Source of the DNA: Cyanobacteriota bacterium
GTDB taxonomy: Bacteria; Cyanobacteriota; Cyanobacteriia; PCC-6307; Cyanobiaceae
Assembly (NCBI GenBank): GCA_046052125.1
Contig: JBJOMY010000001.1
Span: 224,001-288,000, forward strand
Length of the DNA stretch: 64,000 bases
Direction: 5' to 3'
The position numbers were made by a program, and so were the translations under genes. The notes below the pieces were generated by a model. That model made no database searches. It saw only the letters and a program-made list of their open reading frames with translations, and had not been told where the DNA came from. Shown one piece after another: positions 21,923 to 31,202 of this stretch (position 1 is the first letter of the stretch; every line of letters starts with the position of its first letter).

Positions 21923-24288
21923 TCCTCAGCCCAGGGATCACCCTCGAACGGTGTCGGCTTGGCAGGGGCGGTGCGCGATGCGGCAGGGCGTGGCTCCCAC
22001 TGCCGCTGAGATGGCACGTCCGCCTCGAAACGATCCGCATCGTCATCACGCTCGTCGTAGCCACGCTCGGTGTAACTACGGTCGTCGTACCTGGGAGGGC
22101 TGTAGCTCGGTTCGCTGTAGCGGGGTGCCGGATCAGCAGCATCGTCAAAGCGGGAGCGCTCGTCGTAGCTCGAACGTTCTGCGTAGCTGGAGCGCTCGTC
22201 GTAGCGGGAGCGATCGTCGTAACCGGCGCGGGCAAACCGCGAATCCTCGTAGTTCCGGTCGCTGGTGCGGGTGTCGCGATAGGGCGCAGCCGGCGGCTGG
22301 TTCCAGGAATCGGCCCCCCAGGCACTGCGGCCCGCAGACCAGGACGGCTCCGCCCAGGGATCACGGCTACGCCCGCGGTTATCCCAGTCATCCCAGTCGT
22401 CGTCGGCGAACAGCTCATCCTTGAGGGAGCCGAGCGTGTTTTTGAGACCCTGCAGGGGGCTGGTGTCCTGTTTGCGCTCGCTCGCCAAACGGCGGTTGAG
22501 GCCATACAGCGCTTCCTGCAGCTGGCTCACCGCCAGGTCCAGATCGCCAAGGTCGCCGGAGGCGAGCTGATCCTGCACATCGCGCACGGCGATCTCCACC
22601 GCCCGCTGCTGCCGCTCGGCGCCATAGGGGCCCAATTCCAGGGCGGCATCCCGCAGCCGGCGTTCCGCCTGCGCCACCAGGGTTTGCGCCCGATTGCGGC
22701 GATCGATCTCGGCCTTGCGGCGGCGGTCTTCGCTTGCTTTCTGCTCGGCCTCCTCGATCAGGGTCTTGATTTCGTCCTCGCTGAGGTTCGAACCGCCCTG
22801 GATGCTCACGCTCTGCTGGCGGCCGGTGGTGCGGTCGGTGGCCGACACCTGCAGCAGTCCATTGGCATCGATATCGAACGACACCTGCACCTGGGGCACA
22901 CCCCGAGGCGCCGGTGGAATGCCCGACAAGCGAAAGCGACCCAGGCTCTTGTTGCCCTCGGCCATCTGCCGCTCGCCCTGGAGCACGTGGATCTCCACGG
23001 AGCTCTGGTTGGCTTCGGAGGTGCTGAACACATCGCTCTTGCGCACCGGGATCGAGGTGTTGCGCGGGATCAGCACCTTCATCACCCCGCCGATCGTTTC
23101 CAGTCCGAGCGAGAGCGGTGTGACGTCGTTGAGCATCAAATCGCGCAGCTCACCGGTGAGGATCCCGGCCTGCACGGCGGCACCGATCGCCACCACCTCA
23201 TCGGGATTCACCGACTGGCAGGGCTCCAGCGGGATCAGGGTGCGCACCATCTGCTGCACCATCGGCATCCGGGTGGAGCCGCCCACCAGCACCACATCGT
23301 CGATGTCTTCAGCGGCTAGGCCTGAATCCCGCAGCGCCCGCTGCACCGGCCGCAGCAGCCGATCGAGCAGATCAGGGCAGAGCCCTTCAAAGGTGCTGCG
23401 CTCGAGCGTGGTTTCGATGTGGAGCGGGCCCGCATCACCGGTGGCGATGAAGGGCAGGGAAATCGGTGTGCTCTGCACACCACTCAATTCGATCTTGGCC
23501 TTCTCCGCCGCTTCGGTGAGCCGTTGCAGCGCCTGGCGGTCGCGGCGCAGATCGATGCCGTGCTCGTTCTGGAAGCGATCCGCCAGCCAATCCACGATGC
23601 GGCGATCCCAGTCATTGCCGCCCAGCTGGGTGTCACCGCTGGTGGCCTTCACATCGAACACCCCCTGGGCGATGCGCAGCACTGACACGTCAAAGGTGCC
23701 GCCGCCCAGGTCGAACACCAGCACCCGCTTCACGGTGCTGCGATCGAAGCCGTAAGCCAGCGCCGCAGCGGTGGGTTCGTTGAGGATGCGCTCCACGCTG
23801 ATGCCCGCCAGCCGGCCCGCATCGCGGGTGGCCTGGCGCTGCGCGTCGTTGAAATAGGCGGGAACGGTGATCACCGCCGCCTCAACGGGCTCACCTAAAT
23901 AGGTACTGGCGTCGTCCACCAGCTTGCGCAGGATGCTCGCCACGAGCTCCTCAGGCGCGTATTCCCGCTCCGTGGCCGGGCACACGACGCGCACGTTGCC
24001 CTGATCGTTGGCGCGCACGGTGTACGGCACCGACAGACTGTTGTCTTCGAGTTCGTCCCACTGGCGCCCCACGAAGCGCTTGAGGTTGGCAAAGGTGTTG
24101 CGTGGGTTGAGCACCAACTGGCGACGCGCCAGCTGGCCCACCAGCAGCTCTGAGTCTTTGCTGAAGCCCACCACCGATGGCGTGGTGCGACCGCCCTCAG
24201 CGCTGGCAATCACCTGCGGGCGACCACCCTCCAGCACCGCCACCACCGAGTTGGTGGTGCCCAGGTCGATGCCAACGATCCGTGCCAA
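21919..24288 (-). CDS. dnaK: Hsp70 chaperone DnaK (cyanobacterial DnaK3 type) with long acidic/aromatic tail
   Basis: GIDLGTTNS, TVPAYFND, DLGGGTFD, LVGGSTR; DDDWDDWD tail. Confidence 0.97.
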   Translation of the reverse strand: MARIVGIDLGTTNSVVAVLEGGRPQVIASAEGGRTTPSVVGFSKDSELLVGQLARRQLVLNPRNTFANLKRFVGRQWDELEDNSLSVPYTVRANDQGNVRVVCPATEREYAPEELVASILRKLVDDASTYLGEPVEAAVITVPAYFNDAQRQATRDAGRLAGISVERILNEPTAAALAYGFDRSTVKRVLVFDLGGGTFDVSVLRIAQGVFDVKATSGDTQLGGNDWDRRIVDWLADRFQNEHGIDLRRDRQALQRLTEAAEKAKIELSGVQSTPISLPFIATGDAGPLHIETTLERSTFEGLCPDLLDRLLRPVQRALRDSGLAAEDIDDVVLVGGSTRMPMVQQMVRTLIPLEPCQSVNPDEVVAIGAAVQAGILTGELRDLMLNDVTPLSLGLETIGGVMKVLIPRNTSIPVRKSDVFSTSEANQSSVEIHVLQGERQMAEGNKSLGRFRLSGIPPAPRGVPQVQVSFDIDANGLLQVSATDRTTGRQQSVSIQGGSNLSEDEIKTLIEEAEQKASEDRRRKAEIDRRNRAQTLVAQAERRLRDAALELGPYGAERQQRAVEIAVRDVQDQLASGDLGDLDLAVSQLQEALYGLNRRLASERKQDTSPLQGLKNTLGSLKDELFADDDWDDWDNRGRSRDPWAEPSWSAGRSAWGADSWNQPPAAPYRDTRTSDRNYEDSRFARAGYDDRSRYDERSSYAERSSYDERSRFDDAADPAPRYSEPSYSPPRYDDRSYTERGYDERDDDADRFEADVPSQRQWEPRPAASRTAPAKPTPFEGDPWAED
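22151..22222. repeat. 4 x 18-bp imperfect tandem repeat in the dnaK 3' tail (YDERS-like hexapeptide)
   Basis: cgggagcgctcgtcgtag / ctcgaacgttctgcgtag / ctggagcgctcgtcgtag / cgggagcgatcgtcgtaa. Confidence 0.85.
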
Positions 24289-24371
24289 CTGACTGAGAGC
24301 GCCCCAGGGATTGTGACCTAAGGATCCAACGCTAACGGCCTTATGTCAGACCTTTAGATTTGGGTCAGGTA

Positions 24372-25334
24372 ATGATCCCCATGGCAGCGGGTACGCGCCC
24401 CGAACTCTTCACGCAGCGGCGGCGGCCCCTCTGGGAACTGCTGATCGACAGGGGCTTTCAGAAACTGGTGGTGCTGCTCGCCTCAGTGGTGGGCTTGGTG
24501 CTGGTGGGCATTTTGTTCACTGTGTTGGGGGGATCCACAGAAGCGATTGGCCGCTTCGGGCTCGGTTTTCTCACCACCTCCAACTGGGATCCGATCGCTG
24601 AGCAGTACGGGGCCTTCACCGCCATCTACGGCACGGTGGTGAGCTCGCTCCTGGCCCTGCTGATCGCCGTTCCCCTCGGCGTGGGAACGGCCATTTTTCT
24701 CACCGAAAACATCATTCCCCTGCCGATTCGCCAGGTGCTCGGCGTGATGGTGGAACTGCTGGCAGCGATTCCTTCGGTGGTGCTGGGTCTCTGGGGCATC
24801 TTTGTGATGGAGCCCTTCCTGCGCCCGGGACTCACCGGCCTGCATCAGCTCCTCGGCTGGCTGCCCTTCTTCTCCACCACCCCTCAAGGCCCGGGGATGG
24901 CACCGGCGGTGCTGATTCTGGTGGTGATGATCCTGCCGATCATCACGGCGATCTCCCGCGATTCTCTGCAGCAGGTGCCGCTCGCCCTCCGCCAAGCCGC
25001 CTATGGCGTGGGCACCACCCGTTGGGGCGCCATTGCCCACGTGATCCTTCCAGCGGCCATTTCCGGCATCACCGGGGGCGTGATGCTTGCCCTGGGCCGG
25101 GCGATGGGCGAAACCATGGCCGTCACGATGTTGATCGGCAATTCCAACAACTTCAGCCTCAGCCTCCTGGCTCCGGCCAACACCATCTCGTCGATGTTGG
25201 CCAACCAGTTCGGTGAAGCCGATGGGCTGCAGGTGTCGGCCTTGATGTACGCCGCCCTGGTGTTGATGCTGCTCACCCTGCTGGTGAACCTGCTCGCCCA
25301 GAAGATCGTGCGCCGCCTGAGCCTGAAGTACTGA
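24372..25334 (+). CDS. pstC: phosphate ABC transporter permease PstC
   Basis: ELLAAIPSVVLGLWG, LGRAMGETMAV; multiple TM helices; start uncertain (24360/24372/24381). Confidence 0.95.
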   Translation: MIPMAAGTRPELFTQRRRPLWELLIDRGFQKLVVLLASVVGLVLVGILFTVLGGSTEAIGRFGLGFLTTSNWDPIAEQYGAFTAIYGTVVSSLLALLIAVPLGVGTAIFLTENIIPLPIRQVLGVMVELLAAIPSVVLGLWGIFVMEPFLRPGLTGLHQLLGWLPFFSTTPQGPGMAPAVLILVVMILPIITAISRDSLQQVPLALRQAAYGVGTTRWGAIAHVILPAAISGITGGVMLALGRAMGETMAVTMLIGNSNNFSLSLLAPANTISSMLANQFGEADGLQVSALMYAALVLMLLTLLVNLLAQKIVRRLSLKY

Positions 25335-25339
25335 GCGCG

Positions 25340-26224
25340 ATGACCTCCTCTTACGCCCGCGGCTCCCTCACCCTTCAGCGCTCGCTGGCCCGCAACCGCT
25401 GGAACCAGCTGCTCACCGTGATCGCTGGGCTGTTCACCGCCCTGGCGGTGCTGCCACTGATCGTCGTGATCGCCTATGTGCTGATTAAGGGCGGCTCGCT
25501 GCTCAACCTGCAGCTGCTCTCCTCGCTGCCACCACCGCCCGGCCTCGATGGCGGTGGAATCGGCAACGCGATTGTGGGCACCTTGATCGTGACACTGATC
25601 GCTGCCCTGATCGCCGTGCCCGTGGGCGTGGGAGCAGGCGTCTATCTCGCGGAATTTGCCGCCGCAGGCTGGTTTGCCCGTTTCGTGCGCTTTGGCACGA
25701 ACGTGCTGGCCGGGGTGCCCTCGATCATCTGCGGGGTGTTTGTGTATGGCCTGATCGTGAGCACCCGCGTGTTCTTCGGTCAGAGCTACAGCGCCATGGC
25801 CGGGGGCATCGCCCTGGCGGTGCTGATGCTGCCCACGGTGATCAAAACCACCGATGAGGCCCTGAAGCTCGTGCCTCAGGAGTTGCGTTGGGGGGCGATG
25901 GGCATCGGCGCCTCCCGCTTCATCACCATCAGCCGCGTCACCCTGCCCGCGGCCTTCTCCTCGATCGCCACCGGTGTGGTGCTGGCCATTGCCAGGGCTG
26001 CCGGAGAAACAGCCCCGTTGATTTTCACGGCCCTCTTTTCACCCTTCTGGCCGGAGGGATTGTTCAACCCGATCGCGTCGATGTCGGTGTTGATCTACAA
26101 CTTCGCGATCATGCCCTACGAGGCCCAGATCGCCCTGGCCTGGGCCTCCTCCTTCGTGTTGGTGGTGATGATCCTGCTGGCCAACCTGCTCGCCCGCTGG
26201 CTCGGGCGATTGAGCAGCACCTGA
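25340..26224 (+). CDS. pstA: phosphate ABC transporter permease PstA
   Basis: [28 protein letters not shown]. Confidence 0.95.
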   Translation: MTSSYARGSLTLQRSLARNRWNQLLTVIAGLFTALAVLPLIVVIAYVLIKGGSLLNLQLLSSLPPPPGLDGGGIGNAIVGTLIVTLIAALIAVPVGVGAGVYLAEFAAAGWFARFVRFGTNVLAGVPSIICGVFVYGLIVSTRVFFGQSYSAMAGGIALAVLMLPTVIKTTDEALKLVPQELRWGAMGIGASRFITISRVTLPAAFSSIATGVVLAIARAAGETAPLIFTALFSPFWPEGLFNPIASMSVLIYNFAIMPYEAQIALAWASSFVLVVMILLANLLARWLGRLSST

Positions 26225-26270
26225 GCATCACTTTCTGTTGTTTGTCAGTCCTCCAGCCAGCCCCTTGACC

Positions 26271-27065
26271 ATGCCTGCCACCGCCACCAACACCTGCCTC
26301 GCGCTCGAAAACGTGAGCATCAGCTACGGCGGCCAGCTGGCGGTGAGCGGGGTATTCATGGAGATCCCGCGCGGCAAGGTCACCGCCTTCATCGGGCCGT
26401 CCGGTTGCGGCAAGAGCACCGTGCTGCGGGCGCTCAACCGCATGAACGATCTGATCGAAGGCTGCAGCCTCAGTGGGCGGGTGATTTTTGACGGTCAGGA
26501 TCTCTACGACCGCCAAGTGGATCCGGTGGAAGTGAGACGGCTGATCGGCATGGTGTTTCAGAAGCCGAATCCCTTCCCAAAAAGCATCTACGACAACATC
26601 GCCTTCGGCGCCAGGATCAATGGCTTCCGCGGCGATATGGATGAGCTAGTGGAGCGCTCCCTGCGCAAAGCGGCCCTCTGGGATGAAACCAAGGACAAAC
26701 TCAAAGAGAGCGGCTACGCCCTTTCCGGCGGCCAGCAGCAGCGCCTGTGCATCGCCCGCGCGATTGCGATTGAGCCGGAAGTGATCCTGATGGATGAACC
26801 CTGCTCAGCCTTGGATCCGATCTCCACCTTGAAGATCGAGGAGATGATGCATGAGCTCAAAAAGAGCTACACGATCGTGATCGTGACTCACAACATGCAG
26901 CAAGCAGTGCGGGTGAGCGATCTCACGGGTTTCTTCAACGTGAGTGCCCAACCCGGCAGTGACCGCAAGGTGGGTGTCCTGGTGGAATTCGCCGAAACCG
27001 GGATGATCTTCAACTCACCGCAGCAACAGGCCACGCTCGATTACGTGAGCGGCCGCTTCGGCTGA
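26271..27065 (+). CDS. pstB: phosphate ABC transporter ATP-binding protein PstB
   Basis: [53 protein letters not shown]. Confidence 0.97.
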   Translation: MPATATNTCLALENVSISYGGQLAVSGVFMEIPRGKVTAFIGPSGCGKSTVLRALNRMNDLIEGCSLSGRVIFDGQDLYDRQVDPVEVRRLIGMVFQKPNPFPKSIYDNIAFGARINGFRGDMDELVERSLRKAALWDETKDKLKESGYALSGGQQQRLCIARAIAIEPEVILMDEPCSALDPISTLKIEEMMHELKKSYTIVIVTHNMQQAVRVSDLTGFFNVSAQPGSDRKVGVLVEFAETGMIFNSPQQQATLDYVSGRFG

Positions 27066-27104
27066 TCGGCAACCCACCCGATCGTTGCCGGCTTTGCAAG
27101 GCAT

Positions 27105-27128
27105 AAAAAAACCGCCCGTTGGGCGGTT
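27105..27128 (-). terminator. intrinsic terminator downstream of tRNA-Ser (may also serve pstB)
   Basis: aaccgccc-gtt-gggcggtt hairpin preceded by an A-run on + (U-tract on -). Confidence 0.75.
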
Positions 27129-27169
27129 GGTCTTTGGAATCTGAAAATCAGGTTCGTTGACCTTGATAA

Positions 27170-27256
27170 CGGAGAGGGAGGGATTCGAACCCTCGATAGA
27201 GTTGCCCCTATACAGCATTTCCAGTGCTGCGCCTTCGACCACTCGGCCACCTCTCC
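27170..27256 (-). tRNA. tRNA-Ser (anticodon GGA)
   Basis: Reverse complement GGAGAGGTGGCCGAGTGG...GCAGCA-CTGGAAA-TGCTGT...long variable arm...GGTTCGAATCCCTCCCTCTCCG; 87 nt, no encoded CCA. Confidence 0.97.
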
Positions 27257-27376
27257 GCGGGAGGGGGGCTTTTTGCTGCATTCAGCCTGAAACTCGTAGA
27301 GCAACAGAGATGAACGCGGCTGCGCGGGGCAACATTGAGAATGTAGCAGTCACCACGCCCTTCGCTGGTTGCGGCC

Positions 27377-27742
27377 ATGCGCACTTATCCGATCACGGTC
27401 CACTGGAGGCAGGAGAACCGCACGATCCAGCTGGATGTGCCGGAGGGGGAGTACATCCTGCGCAGTTTTGAGCAGCAGGGGGAGCCGTTGCCCTTCAGCT
27501 GCCGCAATGGTTGCTGCACCGCCTGTGCGGTGCGGGTACTCGACGGTGCTATCGATCAACGCGAAGCCCTGGGCCTCTCCCGCGAGGTGCGCGGCCAGGG
27601 CTACGGCCTGCTCTGCGTGGCACGGGCCACCGGCCCCCTGGAGGTGGAAACCCAGGATGAGGATGAGGTGTACGACCTGCAGTTCGGTCGGTTCTTCGGT
27701 CGCGGCACGGTGCGCGCCGGTCTGCCCCTTGATGAGGAATGA
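27377..27742 (+). CDS. 2Fe-2S ferredoxin
   Basis: LPFSCRNGCCTAC...LLC plant-type ferredoxin motif. Confidence 0.92.
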   Translation: MRTYPITVHWRQENRTIQLDVPEGEYILRSFEQQGEPLPFSCRNGCCTACAVRVLDGAIDQREALGLSREVRGQGYGLLCVARATGPLEVETQDEDEVYDLQFGRFFGRGTVRAGLPLDEE

Positions 27743-28641
27743 GCAGCGTGAGCGTGGGGCGTCTGTCGGATCAGAGCCGGGATCAATCGGGCTTGAGCGC
27801 AGCCGAGCTGGAGCGCTTGGCAGCGGTGGCCAGGCATGCCGCCCAGGCCGGCGCTGAGCAGCTGTTAAAGCATTTCGGCCAGCTGGAGCGGATCCGAGAA
27901 AAAGGCCGCGCCGGCGATTTGGTGACCGAAGCCGATGTGGCCGCGGAACAGGCCGTGCTTGCGGTGCTCGAGCGACACACGCCAGAGCTCGGAGTGCTGG
28001 CGGAGGAGAGCGGCCGCCGGGCCGGGCAGGGATCAGAACTCGAGTGGTGCGTGGATCCCCTCGATGGCACCACCAACTACGCCCATCGCTACCCCTTCTT
28101 TGGCACCTCGATCGGTCTCACCTGGCGGGGCCAACCGCTCCTCGGAGCCCTGGCGGTGCCTGCCCTTGAGCAGCTCTACTGGGCAGCCCCCGGCCTCGGA
28201 GCCTGGTGCAACCACAGCCCCATCCGCGTCAGTGAATGCGAAGGCCTGGCCAGCTCCCTGCTGGTGACCGGTTTCGCCTACGACCGCCACGAACGCCTCG
28301 ATAACAACTACGCCGAGTTCGCCTGGTTCACCCACCGCACCCGCGGGGTACGGCGCGGCGGTGCAGCGGCGGTGGATCTGGCCTTCGTGGCCGAAGGGCG
28401 CCTCGATGGCTACTGGGAGCGGGGCCTCTCTCCCTGGGATCTGGCCGCCGGCGTGGTGCTGGTGGAGCAGGCCGGCGGGGTGGTGTGCGCTTACGACGGC
28501 GGACCGGCCCGGCTGACCGAAGGCCGCTTGATCGCCTGCACGCCGGGGGTACGTCAGGCCCTGATCGATGGGCTGGCGGCCTGCCGGCCCCTGAGCGGCG
28601 CCAGCTTCGGCGCTCCCGAGCTCGACAAGCCCGCTCCATAG
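27739..28641 (+). CDS. suhB: inositol monophosphatase family protein
   Basis: DLVTEAD, AEES, DPLDGTTNY, WDLAAG. Confidence 0.92.
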   Translation: MSSVSVGRLSDQSRDQSGLSAAELERLAAVARHAAQAGAEQLLKHFGQLERIREKGRAGDLVTEADVAAEQAVLAVLERHTPELGVLAEESGRRAGQGSELEWCVDPLDGTTNYAHRYPFFGTSIGLTWRGQPLLGALAVPALEQLYWAAPGLGAWCNHSPIRVSECEGLASSLLVTGFAYDRHERLDNNYAEFAWFTHRTRGVRRGGAAAVDLAFVAEGRLDGYWERGLSPWDLAAGVVLVEQAGGVVCAYDGGPARLTEGRLIACTPGVRQALIDGLAACRPLSGASFGAPELDKPAP

Positions 28642-28671
28642 GATCGGCGGCAATTCGCGTTTACCTCCTCC

Positions 28672-29850
28672 ATGGCCCTGCAACCCGCTGCCGGCGCCAG
28701 GGACCTCAACCCCCGTGAGGTGGATGGAAACCGCTGGCTCTGTGATCAGCTGGCCGAGGTGTATCGGCGCTGGGGCTACGCCGAGGTGGCCCCACCGCTG
28801 GTGGAGCGCCTCGAAACCCTTGAAGCTGGTGGCGGCATCAGCGACCAGGAGCTGGTGCGGCTGGCCTCCGATGAACCGCTGGGGCTGCGGCCGGAGATGA
28901 CCGCCTCGATCGCCCGTGCCGCCTGCACCCGGCTGGCGGGCCGGCCCCGCCCGCTGCGCCTCTGGAGCAGTGGCGCTGTGTTCCGTAGTGCCGTGAGCGA
29001 CTCAGGCCAACACCGCCTGGAGGAACGGCTGCAGAGCGGCGTGGAGTTGCTGGGTGCCGATTGCAGCCAAGCGCTTGTGGCCGACGCTGAACTGCTCCGC
29101 CTGCTGCTGGCCTGCCTGCGGCAGCTGCAGGTGAGCGCTGAGCACCAACCCACCCTGCTGCTCGGGCACCACGGACTGCTCACGGCCCTGCTCGATCAGG
29201 TGCCCGCCGAGCAGCGGCTGGCCACGCGCCAGGCCCTGATCAACTTTGATCCGCTGGCCCTGGCGGCCCTGGAGCTTCCGGCCCACCAGCGCCAGGGCCT
29301 GCAGCAGTTGATGCGTCTTCGGGGCGATGCCAAAGCGGTGCTCTATCAACTGGAGCAGCTGCTCGGCCCCTCAGCGCTGCTCGATCAGCTGGCCGGAACC
29401 CTCAACAGCGTGGCCGCCGTGGCTGCAGAGCAGGGAGTGCGAATCCAGCTCGATCCGAGCTTCCAACCCCACTTCGATCTCTACGACGGTCTGGTGCTGA
29501 AGCTGGTGTGCCAGGGGGCCGTAGCGCCGGTGGCCATCGCCAGTGGCGGCCGCTACGACGCGTTGGTGGCCCGCTTCGGCGGAGCGGCCGGCGGCATGGG
29601 CTTCAGCTTCGACATCGAAGCGATCCGCGATCTCCTGGGCACCGAGAGCACCGCCCCGCAGCGGCCCGAGATCACGCTTGTGGCCTACGGCAGTGCAGCC
29701 CAGCTCACCAGCGCCCTCGATCAGCTGGAGAGCCTGCACCGCTCCGGTGCGCGGGCCGAGCTGCTGCAAACCCCCTGCCCCTCTGAGGCCGAGGCCGAGG
29801 CGATCGCCAGCCAGCGCGGTTGCGCCGCCTGCCACTGGATCGGTTCTTAG
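28672..29850 (+). CDS. hisZ: ATP phosphoribosyltransferase regulatory subunit
   Basis: AGARDL, LRPEMTASIAR, QSGVELLG, SGGRYD, GFSF. Confidence 0.92.
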   Translation: MALQPAAGARDLNPREVDGNRWLCDQLAEVYRRWGYAEVAPPLVERLETLEAGGGISDQELVRLASDEPLGLRPEMTASIARAACTRLAGRPRPLRLWSSGAVFRSAVSDSGQHRLEERLQSGVELLGADCSQALVADAELLRLLLACLRQLQVSAEHQPTLLLGHHGLLTALLDQVPAEQRLATRQALINFDPLALAALELPAHQRQGLQQLMRLRGDAKAVLYQLEQLLGPSALLDQLAGTLNSVAAVAAEQGVRIQLDPSFQPHFDLYDGLVLKLVCQGAVAPVAIASGGRYDALVARFGGAAGGMGFSFDIEAIRDLLGTESTAPQRPEITLVAYGSAAQLTSALDQLESLHRSGARAELLQTPCPSEAEAEAIASQRGCAACHWIGS

Positions 29851-29876
29851 GATCCCGTCAACTGCGTTGCTGCCCA

Positions 29877-30101
29877 ATGGCCCACACGATCGTCACCGAC
29901 GTCTGCGAAGGGGTGGCCGATTGCGTGGATGCCTGCCCGGTGGCCTGCATCAACCCCGGCAGCGGTGCCAACACAAAGGGCACGGCTTTTTATTGGATTG
30001 ATTTCGATACCTGCATCGACTGCGGCATCTGCCTGCAGGTCTGCCCAGTCGAGGGAGCCATCCTTCCTGAGGAAAAACCCGAGCTGCAGCGGGCGAGCTG
30101 A
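29877..30101 (+). CDS. small 4Fe-4S dicluster ferredoxin
   Basis: CEGVADCVDACPV and CIDCGICLQVCPV; ATG at 29877. Confidence 0.92.
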   Translation: MAHTIVTDVCEGVADCVDACPVACINPGSGANTKGTAFYWIDFDTCIDCGICLQVCPVEGAILPEEKPELQRAS

Positions 30102-30106
30102 AGCCG

Positions 30107-30910
30107 ATGTCCAGCCAATGGGACAACTTTCTGCAGAACCTCGGCGAGTGGCGCGGCAGCTTCTCCAGCCTTGATGCCACTGGCGCAGTGGTGGAGTCGA
30201 CCCCGTCGATCCTCACTCTGGAGCGCGGAGCGGAAGAGCGCCTGGTGCACTTCCGCCTGCGCCGCTTCGCCGGGGGCGACCTGAACGGCGAGCCCAGCCG
30301 GGATATGAGCGAGGACTACCGCAACCTCGGCAAGCAGGTGGTGTTCTTCGACAGCGGCACCTTCTGCAAGGGACGCTTGCAGGTGGCACCGGGCACGCCG
30401 TTTGGCGGTGAATTCGGCTTCATCCAGGGCGATCGCCGCCACCGCCTGGTGCAGCTGCATAACGACGACGGCGACTTCAGCCAACTGGTGCTGATCCGCG
30501 AATTCCGTGCCGGCAGTGATGCCCAAGAAGTTCCCGCGCTGACGTTGGATCAGCTGCAGGGCCACTGGAGCGGCAGCGCCTCCACCATCAGCGCCGACTG
30601 GCCCGAACCCGACCGCGCTGACTGTCGCTTTGAGGTGAGCGGCGAAGGCACCAACACCCTGCGCATCGACACCCAAACCGGCAGCAGCAGCGAAAGCGTT
30701 GCAGCAGGCAGCGCCGATCCTTCTCGCCAGCTCACCTGGATGGCCGATGGCGGCTACCACCTCACGCCGCGCCATGTGGATCACCGCAGTGCCTTTGCGG
30801 TGGAGGCGGGCTGGCTCACCGCACCGAATCGGCTGGAACGCCTGATCCGCCGTTACGACGCCAGCGGCGCCTGGATCTCCGCCACCCAGATCATCGCCAG
30901 CCGTGTCTGA
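30107..30910 (+). CDS. DUF3598 family protein
   Basis: QWDNFLQNLGEWRGSF start, RRHRLVQL, RLIRRYD. Confidence 0.8.
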   Translation: MSSQWDNFLQNLGEWRGSFSSLDATGAVVESTPSILTLERGAEERLVHFRLRRFAGGDLNGEPSRDMSEDYRNLGKQVVFFDSGTFCKGRLQVAPGTPFGGEFGFIQGDRRHRLVQLHNDDGDFSQLVLIREFRAGSDAQEVPALTLDQLQGHWSGSASTISADWPEPDRADCRFEVSGEGTNTLRIDTQTGSSSESVAAGSADPSRQLTWMADGGYHLTPRHVDHRSAFAVEAGWLTAPNRLERLIRRYDASGAWISATQIIASRV

Positions 30911-31109
30911 GGCCACCGGTCAGGAACGCCTGCAGCAGCTGGGGCGGTTTGGGTTACGGGCGCTGCGCATCGCCGCCAGCACCGTGTCGTTGATCGAGCT
31001 GTTGCGCTCGGAGTGGACGGGCGGCATCGCCGCCGGCGTGGCCTGGTTGGTGTTCGTTCAGGTAGAGCGGCGCTTGCCGCCCAAGCAGGACCAGGCCCCA
31101 CCGCCCTGA
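30903..31109 (+). CDS. small hypothetical membrane protein
   Basis: 68-aa ORF overlapping the upstream stop; two hydrophobic segments. Confidence 0.55.
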   Translation: MSEATGQERLQQLGRFGLRALRIAASTVSLIELLRSEWTGGIAAGVAWLVFVQVERRLPPKQDQAPPP

Positions 31110-31202
31110 AGCCAGCCGAGGGGTCGGTTTCCTGCCCATGGCGGCCCCTTGGCGGGCTGGCCTGCCCCGGGTGAGTCTGGAGCCACGTTGCTTTTTCACG
31201 CT

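Noticed and set aside
24289..24371. Possible Pho box upstream of pstC; absence of pstS
   Set aside because: No convincing spaced PyTTAAPyPy repeats; pstCAB separated from pstS is common in picocyanobacteria.
27170..27256. tRNA-Ser as an island integration site
   Set aside because: Flanked by core genes; I saw no duplicate of its 3' end and no integrase in the window.
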